The notes under the pieces are model-generated. The model worked only from the letters and a program-made list of their open reading frames with translations. It was not told where the DNA came from and did not search any database. DNA of 63,810 bases, filler included, from Octopus bimaculoides (Eukaryota), in the NCBI RefSeq assembly GCF_001194135.2. It is 8 parts of 7 records of this genome, joined end to end, with 100 filler letters (N's around TTAATTAATTAA, not from the genome) between each part and the next. Parts side by side here need not be neighbours in the genome. Positions count along the whole stretch, not along the records: positions 1 to 11,244 come from NC_068994.1; positions 11,345 to 25,445 come from NC_068985.1; 6 more parts are not named here. One strand, 5' to 3'. The translations under genes were made by a program, and so were the position numbers. Shown one piece after another: positions 10,295 through 22,262 of this stretch (positions within the stretch are counted from its first letter, which is position 1; every line of letters starts with the position of its first letter).

Positions 10295-11244
10295 CTTTCT
10301 TTATTAGCCACACAGGGCCGAACATAGAGGGGACAAAATACAATGTAGAGCTTTCTTTTTCGAAAGAAAAAGAAAATAGAAAGAAAGGAGGAGAAAATAA
10401 AATTCCGATCAAAAGGGATCGTGTAAAACAAAAAACATCAAAAGGGATCGTGTATCACAGAAAAGAGTAAAAACGTTAAAAAATACGTTAGTTTTATCAG
10501 TGGAAAGAAAAGCCTACGGAAAGACCGCAGTAACCTCTGGCAATGGAATACAAAAGTACATTAGAGTAAAGTACTCTCTTTTTTCTTTCTCTTTGGTTCA
10601 TAGGATTATGCTCAAGGTGGCTCCGTCATTCAAACGTGCCACCCTTGCTACATCCATCCATATTTTTGTGAAACGTTCACTAGACTACGCTTCCCTCTCT
10701 ACTCTCACCTTCCTTTTCAGGTGATACTTGAAAAAGTTGATGAGTGATTGACCAGAGAGGAAAGTGTTTGTTTCTAGGCCTTTCAAAAGTATCCACCATG
10801 CACATTCCTTCGCCATAGCCACTAGTACAATGAAAACAGCTCTTCCTTCCTCTTTGAAGGAAGGAGGCGGGGCAATATTAAGGATAGACTCGGCTGATAA
10901 ACCAACTCGTCCCATACGCGACATCAGTTGTTCGACATAAGCCCACAGGTCGGACATGGTTTGACACTGCACGAGTGCGTTCCGAACGGTTACGTCACTC
11001 TTACCGCATTTCGGGCAGATCGGCCCGGTGTTTCTAGAGCTAGGCCCGGTGTTTCTAGAGCTTATCTCGAACGGGTAGTGCTTCTCGATAGCACTGCCAG
11101 GCCAGGGATCTCTGGAAGTTGTCCATAGGTCCCGGTCCGAAAGTTGTCCTGAACAGGCGGGTCAGATATTCCTCGTCGACGCCTAGGTTCTCCCTAAGAT
11201 CGTTGTCATACCTCCCCTCTACTAATCCTCTGTAGAATGCTTTA
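10294..11244 (-). mobile_element. Tx1-type LINE 3' end with zinc-binding motif and 3' UTR
   Basis: CPKCGKSDVTV..QCQTM motif; VLVAMAKECAWW..FFKYHLKRKVRVERE homologous to ORF 20434-20679; ends AATAAAGAAA then (TATC)n. Confidence 0.85.
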
Positions 11245-11344
11245 NNNNNNNNNNNNNNNNNNNNNNNNNNNNNNNNNNNNNNNNNNNNTTAATTAATTAA
11301 NNNNNNNNNNNNNNNNNNNNNNNNNNNNNNNNNNNNNNNNNNNN
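11245..11344. other. Assembly linker 44N-TTAATTAATTAA-44N (12-mer also at 25490, 32524, 41649, 48210, 53641, 61905)
   Basis: Identical 12-mer centred in N runs totalling 100 bp, seven times; it has stops in all six frames, as used for joining contigs or scaffolds. Confidence 0.92.
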
Positions 11345-14168
11345 ATTTGACAACAGTATCAAACCTACAAAGACCCAAAAACTAAAGAAAAAATATAATA
11401 TGAAAACCATAGTTGACATTGATGCCACCATAGAAACCATCAAGCAAAAGGTATGTGCTAAAGCTGCCCGTATAGCAAGGTGTGAAAAGCGTGTTAGATT
11501 CTTCAGAGATAATAACATGTTCAAAAATAACCCCAAAAATTTCTACAGGAACATAGGGAAAACACCAGTAACAATAAAGTCTGTCCCATCAAAAGAAGAA
11601 GTGCAGGAATTTTGGAATAAAATCTGGGCAGAAAATAAAACACACAATGAAAAGGCCCCTTGGATTGATAGAACATCTACAGAATATCTACTCCTTTGAG
11701 GAGCAAAAGTGGGAGGGGGTCAAGGTAGAAGATATAAGATCTGCTCTCAGGAGGTCAAGCAAATGGAAGTCTCCAGGAAAGGATAAAATTCCTAACTTCT
11801 GGTTGAATACCTTCTCAGAGAGCCATGAACTGGTAACAAAACTTTACAACGATGTTTTGCAGCTTCCTAGTATGATCCCCTCTTGGCTAGTTAATGGTTT
11901 AACATTCCTACTTCCTAAAAATGAAGAAACAAATGAACCCAAAAATTATCGACCCATAACCTGCTTAACAACAATGCATAAGACGCTAACATCCGTCCTA
12001 ACTGAGTATACCTATAGTTTTTGATAGAAAGTAGCCTATTCCCTAATGAGCAAAAGGGATGTAAACGTGGATCTTATGGTTGTAAAGATCAGCTACTCAT
12101 CAATAAGATGATCTTAGAAGATTGTCACAAGCGACACAAAAACTTGTCAATAGCCTGGATAGACTATGAAAAGGCCTTTGATAGCCTACCACATATCTGG
12201 ATTAGGAAATGTCTGGAAATGTATAAAATAGCTCCTACTCTGCGAAACTTTTTATCTGTAAGTATGAGATCATGGAGAACTACACTGACGTTGAACAATG
12301 ACAATGAATCTCTAAATGCTGGAGATGTAAGAATTTCATGTAGCATTTTCCAGGGTGACTCACTATCACCACTCCTCTTCTGTCTAGCCTTAATACCTCT
12401 CTCAAAATTGCTCAATGATGCACAGTATGGTTATAAAATATTTGATAAAGATATAAATCATCTCATTTACATGGATGATTTAAAGCTCTTTGCAAAAAAT
12501 GACCAACTACTCAAAGGCCTACTAGCGATTGTTAAACAATTCAGTGATGACATCAGCATGCAATTTGGTCTCGATAAATGTGCAAAAGCTACCTTTATCA
12601 AAGGAAAAATGACAAAAAACATCTAATGTGAACCTTGACCAGCAAAATGTCATAAAAGCGTTAGAACCAGCGGAGAGCTACAAATACCTAGGGGTAATTG
12701 AAGGGGTCAATATCAAGCATTCAATGATGAGGGAAAGGATCAGAAGAGAAAGCTATCGCAGGGTGAGAGCAATACTGAAGACAGAGCTGAACGCAAGAAA
12801 CAGGATCGAAGCGATCAATGCTCTAGCCATACCAGTCATGACTTACAGTTTCAATATCGTTAACTGGTCAATTATTGAAATATGCTGTTGAATTATTGAA
12901 AACTGTTGACAATGCATAGAATGCACCACCCTAAGGCAGATATAGAACGTTTTTATCTGCCAAGAAAAGAGGGAGTCCGTGGACTTCTACAGCTGGCATT
13001 AACAATGAAGGTAGCCACAATTGGTCTAGACACATATCTGAAAAACTCTGAGGACTGGATGCTAAAACTAGTCTCAAAACATGAAAGCAAGAAAGCATCT
13101 TACTCAGTAACAAAACAGGCAAAGGAATATCTAAGTGAATTCCAATTACAACAAATTCAAGAATTAGACGTACTAGAAACACCCGCAGAAAAAGCTAAGC
13201 GCTTGAAAACCCGTGCTAAAATTGCTGCCTTAGATATTATGACTGATAAATGACATGGAAAACCTCTTAATGGCAAATACCCAAAGAGAGCGAATAATGC
13301 AGTTGTTGACAAAGCCTTTACCCATCAATGGCTAATGGCCTCTGGCTTGAAATTAGAAACAGAGGGGTTTATCATAGCAGCCCAAGATCCATGCCTACCT
13401 ACAAAGAACTACCAGGCCAACATATTGAAGAACGGCAGCTCCCCATTATGTCGTATATGCCAACAACAAAATGAGACCATCGATCATGTTGGCTCCATGT
13501 GCAGTCTGCTTGCGCCTACAGAGTATCTCAACAGGCATGATAGAGCTGCACAATATATTCACTGGGTAATATGCAAAAACCTGNNNNNNNNNNNNNNNNN
13601 NNNNNNNNNNNNNNNNNNNNNNNNNNNNNNNNNNNNNNNNNNNNNNNNNNNNNNNNNNNNNNNNNNNNNNNNNNNNNNNNNNNNNNNNNNNNNNNNNNNN
13701 NNNNNNNNNNNNNNNNNNNNNNNNNNNNNNNNNNNNNNNNNNNNNNNNNNNNNNNNNNNNNNNNNNNNNNNNNNNNNNNNNNNNNNNNNNNNNNNNNNNN
13801 NNNNNNNNNNNNNNNNNNNNNNNNNNNNNNNNNNNNNNNNNNNNNNNNNNNNNNNNNNNNNNNNNNNNNNNNNNNNNNNNNNNNNAGATACCAGGAAACC
13901 CCAAAATGGCTGAAGTTCAAAAAATAGTGCTCATGGGAACTGCCCATATCCTACGTAAAATACTGTCTATGTGATCTCAAATTTTAAAACAAACACATAA
14001 TTTTCTTATGGTTTTTTAAACATTCTCTAGAACAACACTATGTACAAATCCAAATATATGGTACCCTAGGCATAACACCTACATGAACTTCTAACTTGTT
14101 GTCTCTTGAGGTCTCTGGGTAAGACTTGGATCCAACTTGTACAAATGCTAAACAAAAGTCAAACATAA

Positions 14169-14202
<34 letters not shown>

Positions 14203-14203
14203 G
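11345..14203 (+). mobile_element. R4/Dong-type non-LTR retrotransposon (RT, zinc finger, RLE region in gap), decayed, (TAA)n tail
   Basis: [98 protein letters not shown]; 3' UTR then (TAA)n at ~14170-14202. Confidence 0.9.
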
Positions 14204-15090
14204 TAACTCCGCATGGAATTACATGGTCAGGAATAACTCCGCATGGAATTACAAGACCAGGAAGCATCATGGAGATGGCTCAACAAAGGTGACCTAAAAA
14301 AGAATACTTGAAAGCCTAATCATCGCGGCCCAGGACCAGGCAGTGAATACCAACTCAGTGAAAAAGAATATATACCATACAAGTGCATCAGAACTCTGCA
14401 GAATGTGTGGGAAGAGTGTCGAAAGATTGATTCACTTTGTTAGTGCTTGTGAAAGTCTTGCGCAGAAAGGGTACAAGCGTAGACATGACTAAGTAGCCCA
14501 AAACCTCCATTGGCTACTATGTCGTAAATAGTATGAGGATATGAGGTTACGGGTGATTGGTACCAACATACATCAGAAAAGGTAATGGACGAAAAGGGGA
14601 AGGTAAAAATCCTCTGGGACTTTGATTTCCAAAATGTTAGAGCACCAAAGGCCGGATATAATAACCTTTAGAAGGGACAAACAAGACTGCCCAATAATCG
14701 ACGTAGCAGTGCCAGGAGATCAACATGTTATCATGAAAGAAAAAGAAAAAGTTGATAAATATGGAAACTTGATAATTGAGATCGCTAAGATGTGGCAGCT
14801 ACGAGAGTCGAACATAAAGGTTGTCCCTATTGTCATCGGAGCAGTGGGTTCAATACCACCCAATCTGAAAAGAACATCTGAAAACCTTGCAGATACCCTA
14901 CAATCTGCATGTATTGCAAAAGTCGGCATTACTTAGAACTGCACGTATATTGCGTAAAGCACTTTGTGTCTGAGGTCCTTGTTGTGACTTGACAAACAGT
15001 ACAAATCTTCAATCAACAACTTCACAATATTGTATACTGTGCGACGTCTATAATAACACCAACAATAATAACAATAATCCTCATCGTTAA
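14204..15090 (+). mobile_element. Second R4/Dong-type element, 5'-truncated, different subfamily, with RLE nuclease
   Basis: WRWLNKGDLKK, IIAAQDQAV, CRMCGKSVE..HFVSAC..RRHD, RPDIITF..IIDVAVPGD..KEKEKVDKY, TARILRK; TAA/CAA-rich tail. Confidence 0.85.
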
Positions 15091-15189
15091 CATTATCCTC
15101 ATCCTCACCCTCATCTTATTACCCTCCTCCTCCCCCTCGTCTTAACATTAATGCTATACTTCTAGCTATCATTATCATTTTTGTTAAAA

Positions 15190-15358
15190 GGAAAGGCATG
15201 GCAGAATCAGTCGAAATACGGTCAAAGCTCTATGTGGAAATTTAGTCACATGCCTTTACGTTGCGTGTTCACATTCCGCCCAGATTAACTTTGCTTTTCA
15301 TTTTTCCCGGGTTCTGGAAAATAAGTACTAGTTATGTACTGGAATTAGATGGAATCAT
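15190..15358 (+). mobile_element. SINE family B, degraded
   Basis: GGCAGAATC..TTTACGTT..ATTCCGCC..AACTTTGCTTTTCAT..AAATAAGTACTAGTTATGTACTGG resembles 46440-46610. Confidence 0.55.
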
Positions 15359-15366
15359 TATAAATA

Positions 15367-15640
15367 TATGTTTTTGCAGTCATTTTCGTTCGTTTGTCAT
15401 TCAATTTGATAATCGGGTCATTCAAAGTCGCGAAAAAATTAGCGCCATGAAGTTAGTCATTCAAATTCGTTTTTTGATCATTCAATTTCGCACTTCACTC
15501 AAAGAATTTAGCATTTTTATCATTCAAATTAAAATACGCGTCGAGAGCCTTCAAATTAGTCCGAATATGAGGTAGCGCCTTTTCGAGCATTCGAATTTGC
15601 ACGTGAGCATTCGAGTTCGGAATAAGTCATTCAATTTAGA
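15367..15640 (+). repeat. Left long inverted repeat with about 10 CATTCAA(A/T)TT-like motifs
   Basis: Outer ~125 bp nearly identical to the reverse complement of 23445-23570; motifs start at 15398, 15419, 15458, 15479, 15496, 15521, 15548, 15588, 15608, 15628. Confidence 0.9.
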
Positions 15641-15805
15641 ACAAATTTTACGTGTCTTTTTACTCACATTCTAAGAAGTGAATGTTAAAAATGGCAAATT
15701 TAAATAACATTTTGTCGTGCAAATTTTATTATGTTGTTATAGCTACAAGGAAGAAATAAATTACGTGACTCTCCGGTCTACGAAAGTTTTTTCCACTGCA
15801 ACATT

Positions 15806-18800
15806 GTGTTCTTTGGTCTGTACTTACTTGACAGTTTATTTGGAGGTGAGCGTTTTTGTTGATTTTTGAATTGTTTGGTTCTTGTTGAAGTGTTGATAGT
15901 ATTGTTAATCGTTTGTTAAACAATTATTGTTTTTCTCCGCGAGCGGAGAAAAGCAATAAGGCGAGCGGAGAAAAGCAGAGCGTTGATGAAAGGAGGTGCT
16001 TGAGTGAGGAGGAGGTTGAAAAGAATTGTGTAAAAAAAATTATACTAGATTCAGACGAGGAGAGAGTGAGAAAAATGCCGGCTACTACAAGGAAAAACAT
16101 TGATACACCAAGTTTAATGACGAAAGAGAAAGAAGAGAAAAAGCTAGACTTTGCCGCAGTGGCAGGGGCTCATGTTAGAAAGATTCATTTGGCTAATGTG
16201 GAGAAACACAAACAAATGTTGACAAAGGAGGGGCACGGAATTACAGCGACCCCTCCAAAAAGTATTCTCGAAGATATATAGACAAAAACCATAATATATA
16301 AGACCAACAAGGTAAAAAAAAAAAATAAGAGAATTGATTATGTGTTAGAGGCAGAGATTGAGAAGTGTCTCAGGCCTATTTAGCATAAGATAAAGTACCT
16401 AGCAAGAGGTAGAAGGTACGCGACGGTAGAGGTGAGGATGGAGTCGGAGGAAGAAGCCCGACTCCATTTAGTGGAACCCCTAAGAACGGAAGATGTGGTA
16501 CTTATGCCCATATATATGGGTAGAAGGACGTCGAAGATTACAATCAGCAATATTCCCCCTGAGGTGAACCCAGAGTGGTTCGTCGCGGCAGTGACGATGG
16601 GATTGGAAGATAAAATATCAGTCCTGCACGCTGCCGTGATGGAGCCAAGAAATTGGCATGGACAGAGTATGCGTATTATAATTCAAGCCGAACAGACCAC
16701 ACCGGAGGAAATTATTGAGACCTTCGAGGTTGGTGAGACCCGTCTGGTGGTGACAGTAGGGAGTCGCCAACCTCAATGCTTACAATGTGGCAAGAAGGAC
16801 CATCTCAGGGTAGATTGAAAGCCCAAGGAGGCTGAAAAGAAGAAAGAAGAAACAGAGGTGGTAGAAACTGAACCAGCGACGCCGGAGTAGAAGACACACC
16901 AATATCAGCAGAAAGAACACCAATACCAGAAAGAAAAATAGGGGAGGGATGCAGAACAAGAGAAAAATGAAACCACCCTCCCCTAAAAAAGACAAAGAGA
17001 AAACAGAGACGAGGTGGATTAAGAAGCCGAGAAAGCCTGAAAAGAAAAAAAGAAGACAGTTGCTATATGGCAGTTCGAATCTCGAATAGAAATCTAGTGA
17101 ACCACCTAGCAACTGTCTCTGCAGAAAAAAAATTGAGGAAGTAGAGAGTCAGAAGGAAGGGATTGAAATTTACAAAACAAATTGGAAGACTTATAATATT
17201 TTTGCTAATGACTTTCGTAAAGATGTTGGCCCTCCCAGGTTGGACTTTAACCCAGAAATGTATGAGGGCCTCATCACTCCGACACTACGAGCCCCGGAAA
17301 GAGAAGAGGTGGGTTCTCCTCGTCTCAAGACACCGACTAAAGAGGTAAGACTTTATGGCTGCTCGCGTAGGTTGTTTAAATGTGCGTGGCCTGACGTTGA
17401 GCTGGAAACATTTCCTAAATGACGTCAGGTCACAATGTTTAGATGTTATTGTTGCTACTGAAACTTGGTTAAAAGGGCCTAGGGATCTGCTCCCGCTCCT
17501 GAAAGACTACGAGGAATTCATTTCTCCAGGCCGGCCGAGGGGCGGGGTGGGGTGTTGGTCCTACTTAAAAGAAACCGAGTTTCAGAGAAAAAGTTAATTT
17601 TTTTTTTGATCCAGAAGGTAGGCTGGTCGTCTTAGACCTGACGTTCAGTTGTGGTAAGGAAATCAGGCTGGTCGCGGTTTATGCACCTAATTCGAGTCAG
17701 ACTGATTATTACCGAGAGTTGGAGAAATTTCTAGGCACATCACGTAGGAGACTTTAACGCTATTCTCGATGCACGCGTGGATAGTGTTGGCTCAAATTCT
17801 AATAGGAGACCTAACAGTGACTTCCGAGATCAACTAAGTCGCTTTCAGCTAGTAGATCTCTATAGATTAGAATTCCTGGCCGCTCCATTGTGGACATGGT
17901 CAAATAGCGACGGGTTTTCGAGGTTTTACATAGATAGGATTTTTATTAGAAAATTAGACAAAGATATAGTTACGTGTCCACAATATCACATGGTCAGTTA
18001 CAGTGACCATAAGAAGGTCACTTGTAAGCTGTACCTAGATAAGCTATGTAGAAAAGGTTCCGGCTACTGGAAACTCAATAAGTCCCTTTTGGCGATTGAG
18101 GAGTACAGGAGCCGGATTAAGTTATTAATACAGAGGGCGTTGACCGGTTCCTTTATTAACAACAAATGGTGGTACGCCCTCAAAAGAGACATTAAATTCG
18201 AGTCTATTAGATATAGTATAGGTTTAGTGGCTAGAAGGCGTAGGAAGAAAACAGGAATAGTTAGGGCCCTAGAGGAAGCTACGAGGACTGGCGACGCATC
18301 CCAGGTGAAGGTGAAGCGACTGGAGTTAAACCAGGACCTCGAAGCCAAACACATGAGGTGTATCGTCAGAGCTAGATTTCGTGCAATGGGGAGTGAGGGA
18401 ATCAACGCTGGATAGGCACGTGTTGTGGAAACTCAACGTGGAAATGATTTCATAATTTGATCTTTGGTGAATTCGCAAGGTGAGTTGATAAACGAACCCG
18501 AGATGTGTCGGACCTTTCAGGGGCACTTCGCCCAGCTTTTCGGGGGAAGCGATAGACCGGATAGTAGGACGGACTTTACGGACTTTCTCGCCGGGTTGCC
18601 GCGCCTCTCGGGGCGGAGAGCTGTGAAGGGTCGGTCACACCTGAGTAAGTGATTGGTGCCATAGCAGACTGCGGCGGTAGTAAGGCGCCGAGACTCGGTC
18701 TACCGTACGAGCTACATAAAAGTATGCCAGACTTGTTCGGGTACGTACTGGCTAGCGTTTACAGAATGGGTTAATTCCCAGAGCTGTGTGCCAGGGAGTT

Positions 18801-20940
18801 GTAACGCTGGTCAGGAAGGACCCGGACAAGGGGGATAATATAGATAACTTTAGGCCCATCACTCTGCTGAACGCAGAGGTGAATATTTTGGCCAAGGTGC
18901 TAACAAAAAGAGTGACGCGTGTCGCAGATAGCCTGATCGGGGAGGCACAAACCTGTGCGGTACTTGGCAGAACCATCCAGGATAATCTTCATCTTATACG
19001 CTACACCGTAGAAGGGTATGGTAATAATTCTAGCAAAGGTGGGGCACTGGTCCATTTAGATTAAGCTAAAGCATTTGATAGGGTAGACCATCGTTACCTG
19101 TTTTACGTGCTTGTGCGGTTCGGAACAGGTCTTGGTTTCCTCAGGTGGATCATACAGTTGTACGACAATATCGATTCGATAGTTCGGGTGAACGGCTTTT
19201 TCTCGAAGCCGTTCGGCATCAAACGGTCGGTTCGCCAAGGGTGTCCACTCTCCCCGCTTTTGTACATGATGGCCATCGAGCCATTACTGCGAAAGCTGAG
19301 TGGTATCCCGACGAATCCAGGAGGTGGAGGATCGGTTACAGCGTACGCGGATGACATCACTATCATCGTGACCAAGATGGAACACCTACAGAAAGTAGGC
19401 GAAACTATTAAGNNNNNNNNNNNNNNNNNNNNNNNNNNNNNNNNNNNNNNNNNNNNNNNNNNNNNNNNNNNNNNNNNNNNNNNNNNNNNNNNNNNNNNNN
19501 NNNNNNNNNNNNNNNNNNNNNNNNNNNNNNNNNNNNNNNNNNNNNNNNNNNNNNNNNNNNNNNNNNNNNNNNNNNNNNNNNNNNNNNNNNNNNNNNNNNN
19601 NNNNNNNNNNNNNNNNNNNNNNNNNNNNNNNNNNNNNNNNNNNNNNNNNNNNNNNNNNNNNNNNNNNNNNNNNNNNNNNNNNNNNNNNNNNNNNNNNNNN
19701 NNNNNNNNNNNNNNNNNNNNNNNNNNNNNNNNNNNNNNNNNNNNNNNNNNNNNNNNNNNNNNNNNNNNNNNNNNNNNNNNNNNNNNNNNNNNNNNNNNNN
19801 NNNNNNNNNNNNNNNNNNNNNNNNNNNNNNNNNNNNNNNNNNNNNNNNNNNNNNNNNNNNNNNNNNNNNNNNNNNNNNNNNNNNNNNNNNNNNNNNNNNN
19901 GGATGCCTTGGCTGTTGATGCGCAAGCGTGAGCTGAGGTTGAGGCATCTTTGGGTCAACCTGAATGGTGAACGGGAGTGGTCTCCGCTCGCTAGACGGAT
20001 GTTCCCCAACTTTACTAGTTTTGGTGGTTGAGAAAACTGGTTTCGTCGAAGATCGAGGTTGGGTACCTGGTTTATGGAGTTCCACAAGGCTCTTCTCCAG
20101 TTCAGCAACTCGGGCAACGCCAGCAGTTTCGGTATCACCGCGGCTCACTATAGTAGGTTGGTAGAGGTAGGAAATGATGATGCCCTGGGAAGGACCCTGG
20201 GTCTCGATGATAATCAGTTAGACAGCCTGTTCCGAAGGACATTCGGGACGAAGACACTGGATAACTTCCAAAAGTCTTTGGCCTGACAGTGTTACAAAGG
20301 AGCCCTACCCGTTCGGGATAATCCCACCAGACACGGCCACCCTGTGCCATGCGAGCGGGACGTGGAAACTGTCCTGCACGCTATTGTGCAGTGTCCTAGA
20401 GTGTCAGAGGTGTGAGTTTATGTAGAACACCTATTGTCAAGTGTGAGAAGAGTACAGCTATTGTCTGAGTCAATCCTAAAAATTGATCCATCTGAGTTCC
20501 TCATGGAAGAAGGTAAGAATTGTTTTCTCGTAGCAGTAGTAATTGCGAGAGAGGTGATATGGAAGTCGAGAATGAAAGGCATTGTGACGGGTAGCTTTGT
20601 CTCCGGCCGCGCGCTAGTGAATGTTTTCACCTTTCGCCTCAAAAGGAGCTGCCTGTCAGAGAGTATTTTCAATAAATGATGGATGCGTGTAGCACGCATG
20701 TTGGGAATGAAAGGCCCAGCGTGAACACGTCAGAAAGCTTACCTAGGAGTCGATAGAGAAACAGGGTTCGTGGGGTCGGAGTTTCCTGTTTTAATACCTC
20801 ATTGTATAGTTTTTGTATGTAAAATGTTCTTGTGTCTCATTCGATTCCATTGTAATTGTAAATTTTTATTATCATATGTGTACGACCCCAGTCACTGTGT
20901 GCTATACCCTCTTTGTTATTCCGTATGGATAATAAAAAAA
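15806..20940 (+). mobile_element. Near full-length Tx1-type LINE with ~24-bp TSD, decayed ORF1 and ORF2
   Basis: ORF1 with knuckle CLQCGKKDHLRVD (last Cys to stop); ORF2 from 17355: GCLNVRGL, ATETWL, GDFN, WTWSN, SDHK, NFRPITLLN, KAFDRVDH, SVRQGCPLSPLLY, AYADDITI; poly-A; TSD CGAAAGT7CCACTGCAACAT (15781-15805) versus CGAAGT7CATTGCAACAT (20942-20964). Confidence 0.93.
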
Positions 20941-21020
20941 ACGAAGTTTTTTTCATTGCAACATCCATAACCGGTCGGTATCAGTTGCATGTTATATCCC
21001 TTTCTCTTACATTAACTTGT

Positions 21021-22110
21021 AATCCTGGAGCCACGCGAAAGGTACATACCTATATCGGACGAAGGTAGGGCAAGGCTGGTTGACGCCTTCGAGGGACATC
21101 AAACTACCTGTATCTGGCAGACACACGTTGCATTAAAAGGAGTACTGCCCGATCCATAGTAGCGACCTGCCTATGGTCTGGGTGGCGTCACAAGTTTCCC
21201 ATAGGAGGAGCCCACCATATTAAGGTTGATGAAGAAATGGGAGCCAGGCTGCAGGTGATTATTGATGCCAACCCACTCACAAACCTTTCACAGATGAAGA
21301 GGGACTTAGAGGCAGCACTGCCCAGAAAGCCGCCTGTTTCCGTGTCCGCAATCTCATGGGCTCTAGATGGGATATTGATAACTATGAAGTTGACCGAAAA
21401 CATCTGAGGTGCAATAAATGCCCCAAGAACTCTGGAAAAGCATTATGAGTACGCGCACTGGTTCATGGAAGAGAGAATCGTCGGCCATTGAATATTCATT
21501 GCTGAATGTAGGTACAACTTTTGGACGAGGCGGTCTTTTGGACGAGCTCCTCGTGGCGTTCCTGTTTACCGTGTAGGCCATATCAGCGTTGGAAAAACTG
21601 CAACGTCACTTTCGCGGAGCCGCGAGAAATCGGCCTGGTTCACCAGTTCATTGCGAACGATATGTTACATGAAACTCTTTCGAGGAATTGGCGGAAACAG
21701 TTCGAGCAATTGTCATGTTCCTAGTGGATGAATCCATCTACTTGATCTACGACAACGCACAGCCACTCGTTTGTGCCGAGCTCCCAATTGACGCCGACAC
21801 ACGGATCAGTCTGAAACTCCTGGCTCCCTACTCGCCGTTTCTTAATTGTACGGAAATGGCGCATTCTGCCTTTAAGGCGGCTGTCAAGCCGAACCCCGCT
21901 CGAGCTGAGTTGCAGCAAAGGGTTGGTGACCAGGCAGCTGCAGAAGAAACCGGCATGACCATGGAAGAATGGCGAGCACATGTCATACAATAGGTCGCAA
22001 GGCATAACATCGACGCTATCACTCCAGAAAATTGTGTTCGTTGGTATAGACACATCCAGACCTACCTCCTGAGATGCCTCGACCGCCAGGAAATAGACAG
22101 CCAAATCCTC
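21021..22110 (+). pseudogene. IS630/Tc1/mariner-superfamily DDE transposase, decayed
   Basis: N-terminal ISDEGRARLVDAFE; IFIAE..WTRRSFGRAPRG; IYDNAQP..LAPYSPFLNCTE (33 residues between D and E in this copy); WYRHIQTYLLRCL. Confidence 0.85.
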
Positions 22111-22262
22111 TCAAACGAACTTGCCTTATCAAGACTGTACTTGCCTTATCAAGACTGTACATTGCACCCTTTCCTCGATAAAAGAAAAATGTAAAATCAA
22201 AGAAATATATACTTTTCCCAACAAGACATACAAGGAAAGAACACGTGTCATAACATCAAGTA

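Noticed and set aside
15398-15640. Regularly spaced short repeats suggesting a CRISPR-like array
   Set aside because: Motifs are only ~9 bp, degenerate, part of an inverted repeat pair, with no cas genes and eukaryotic context.
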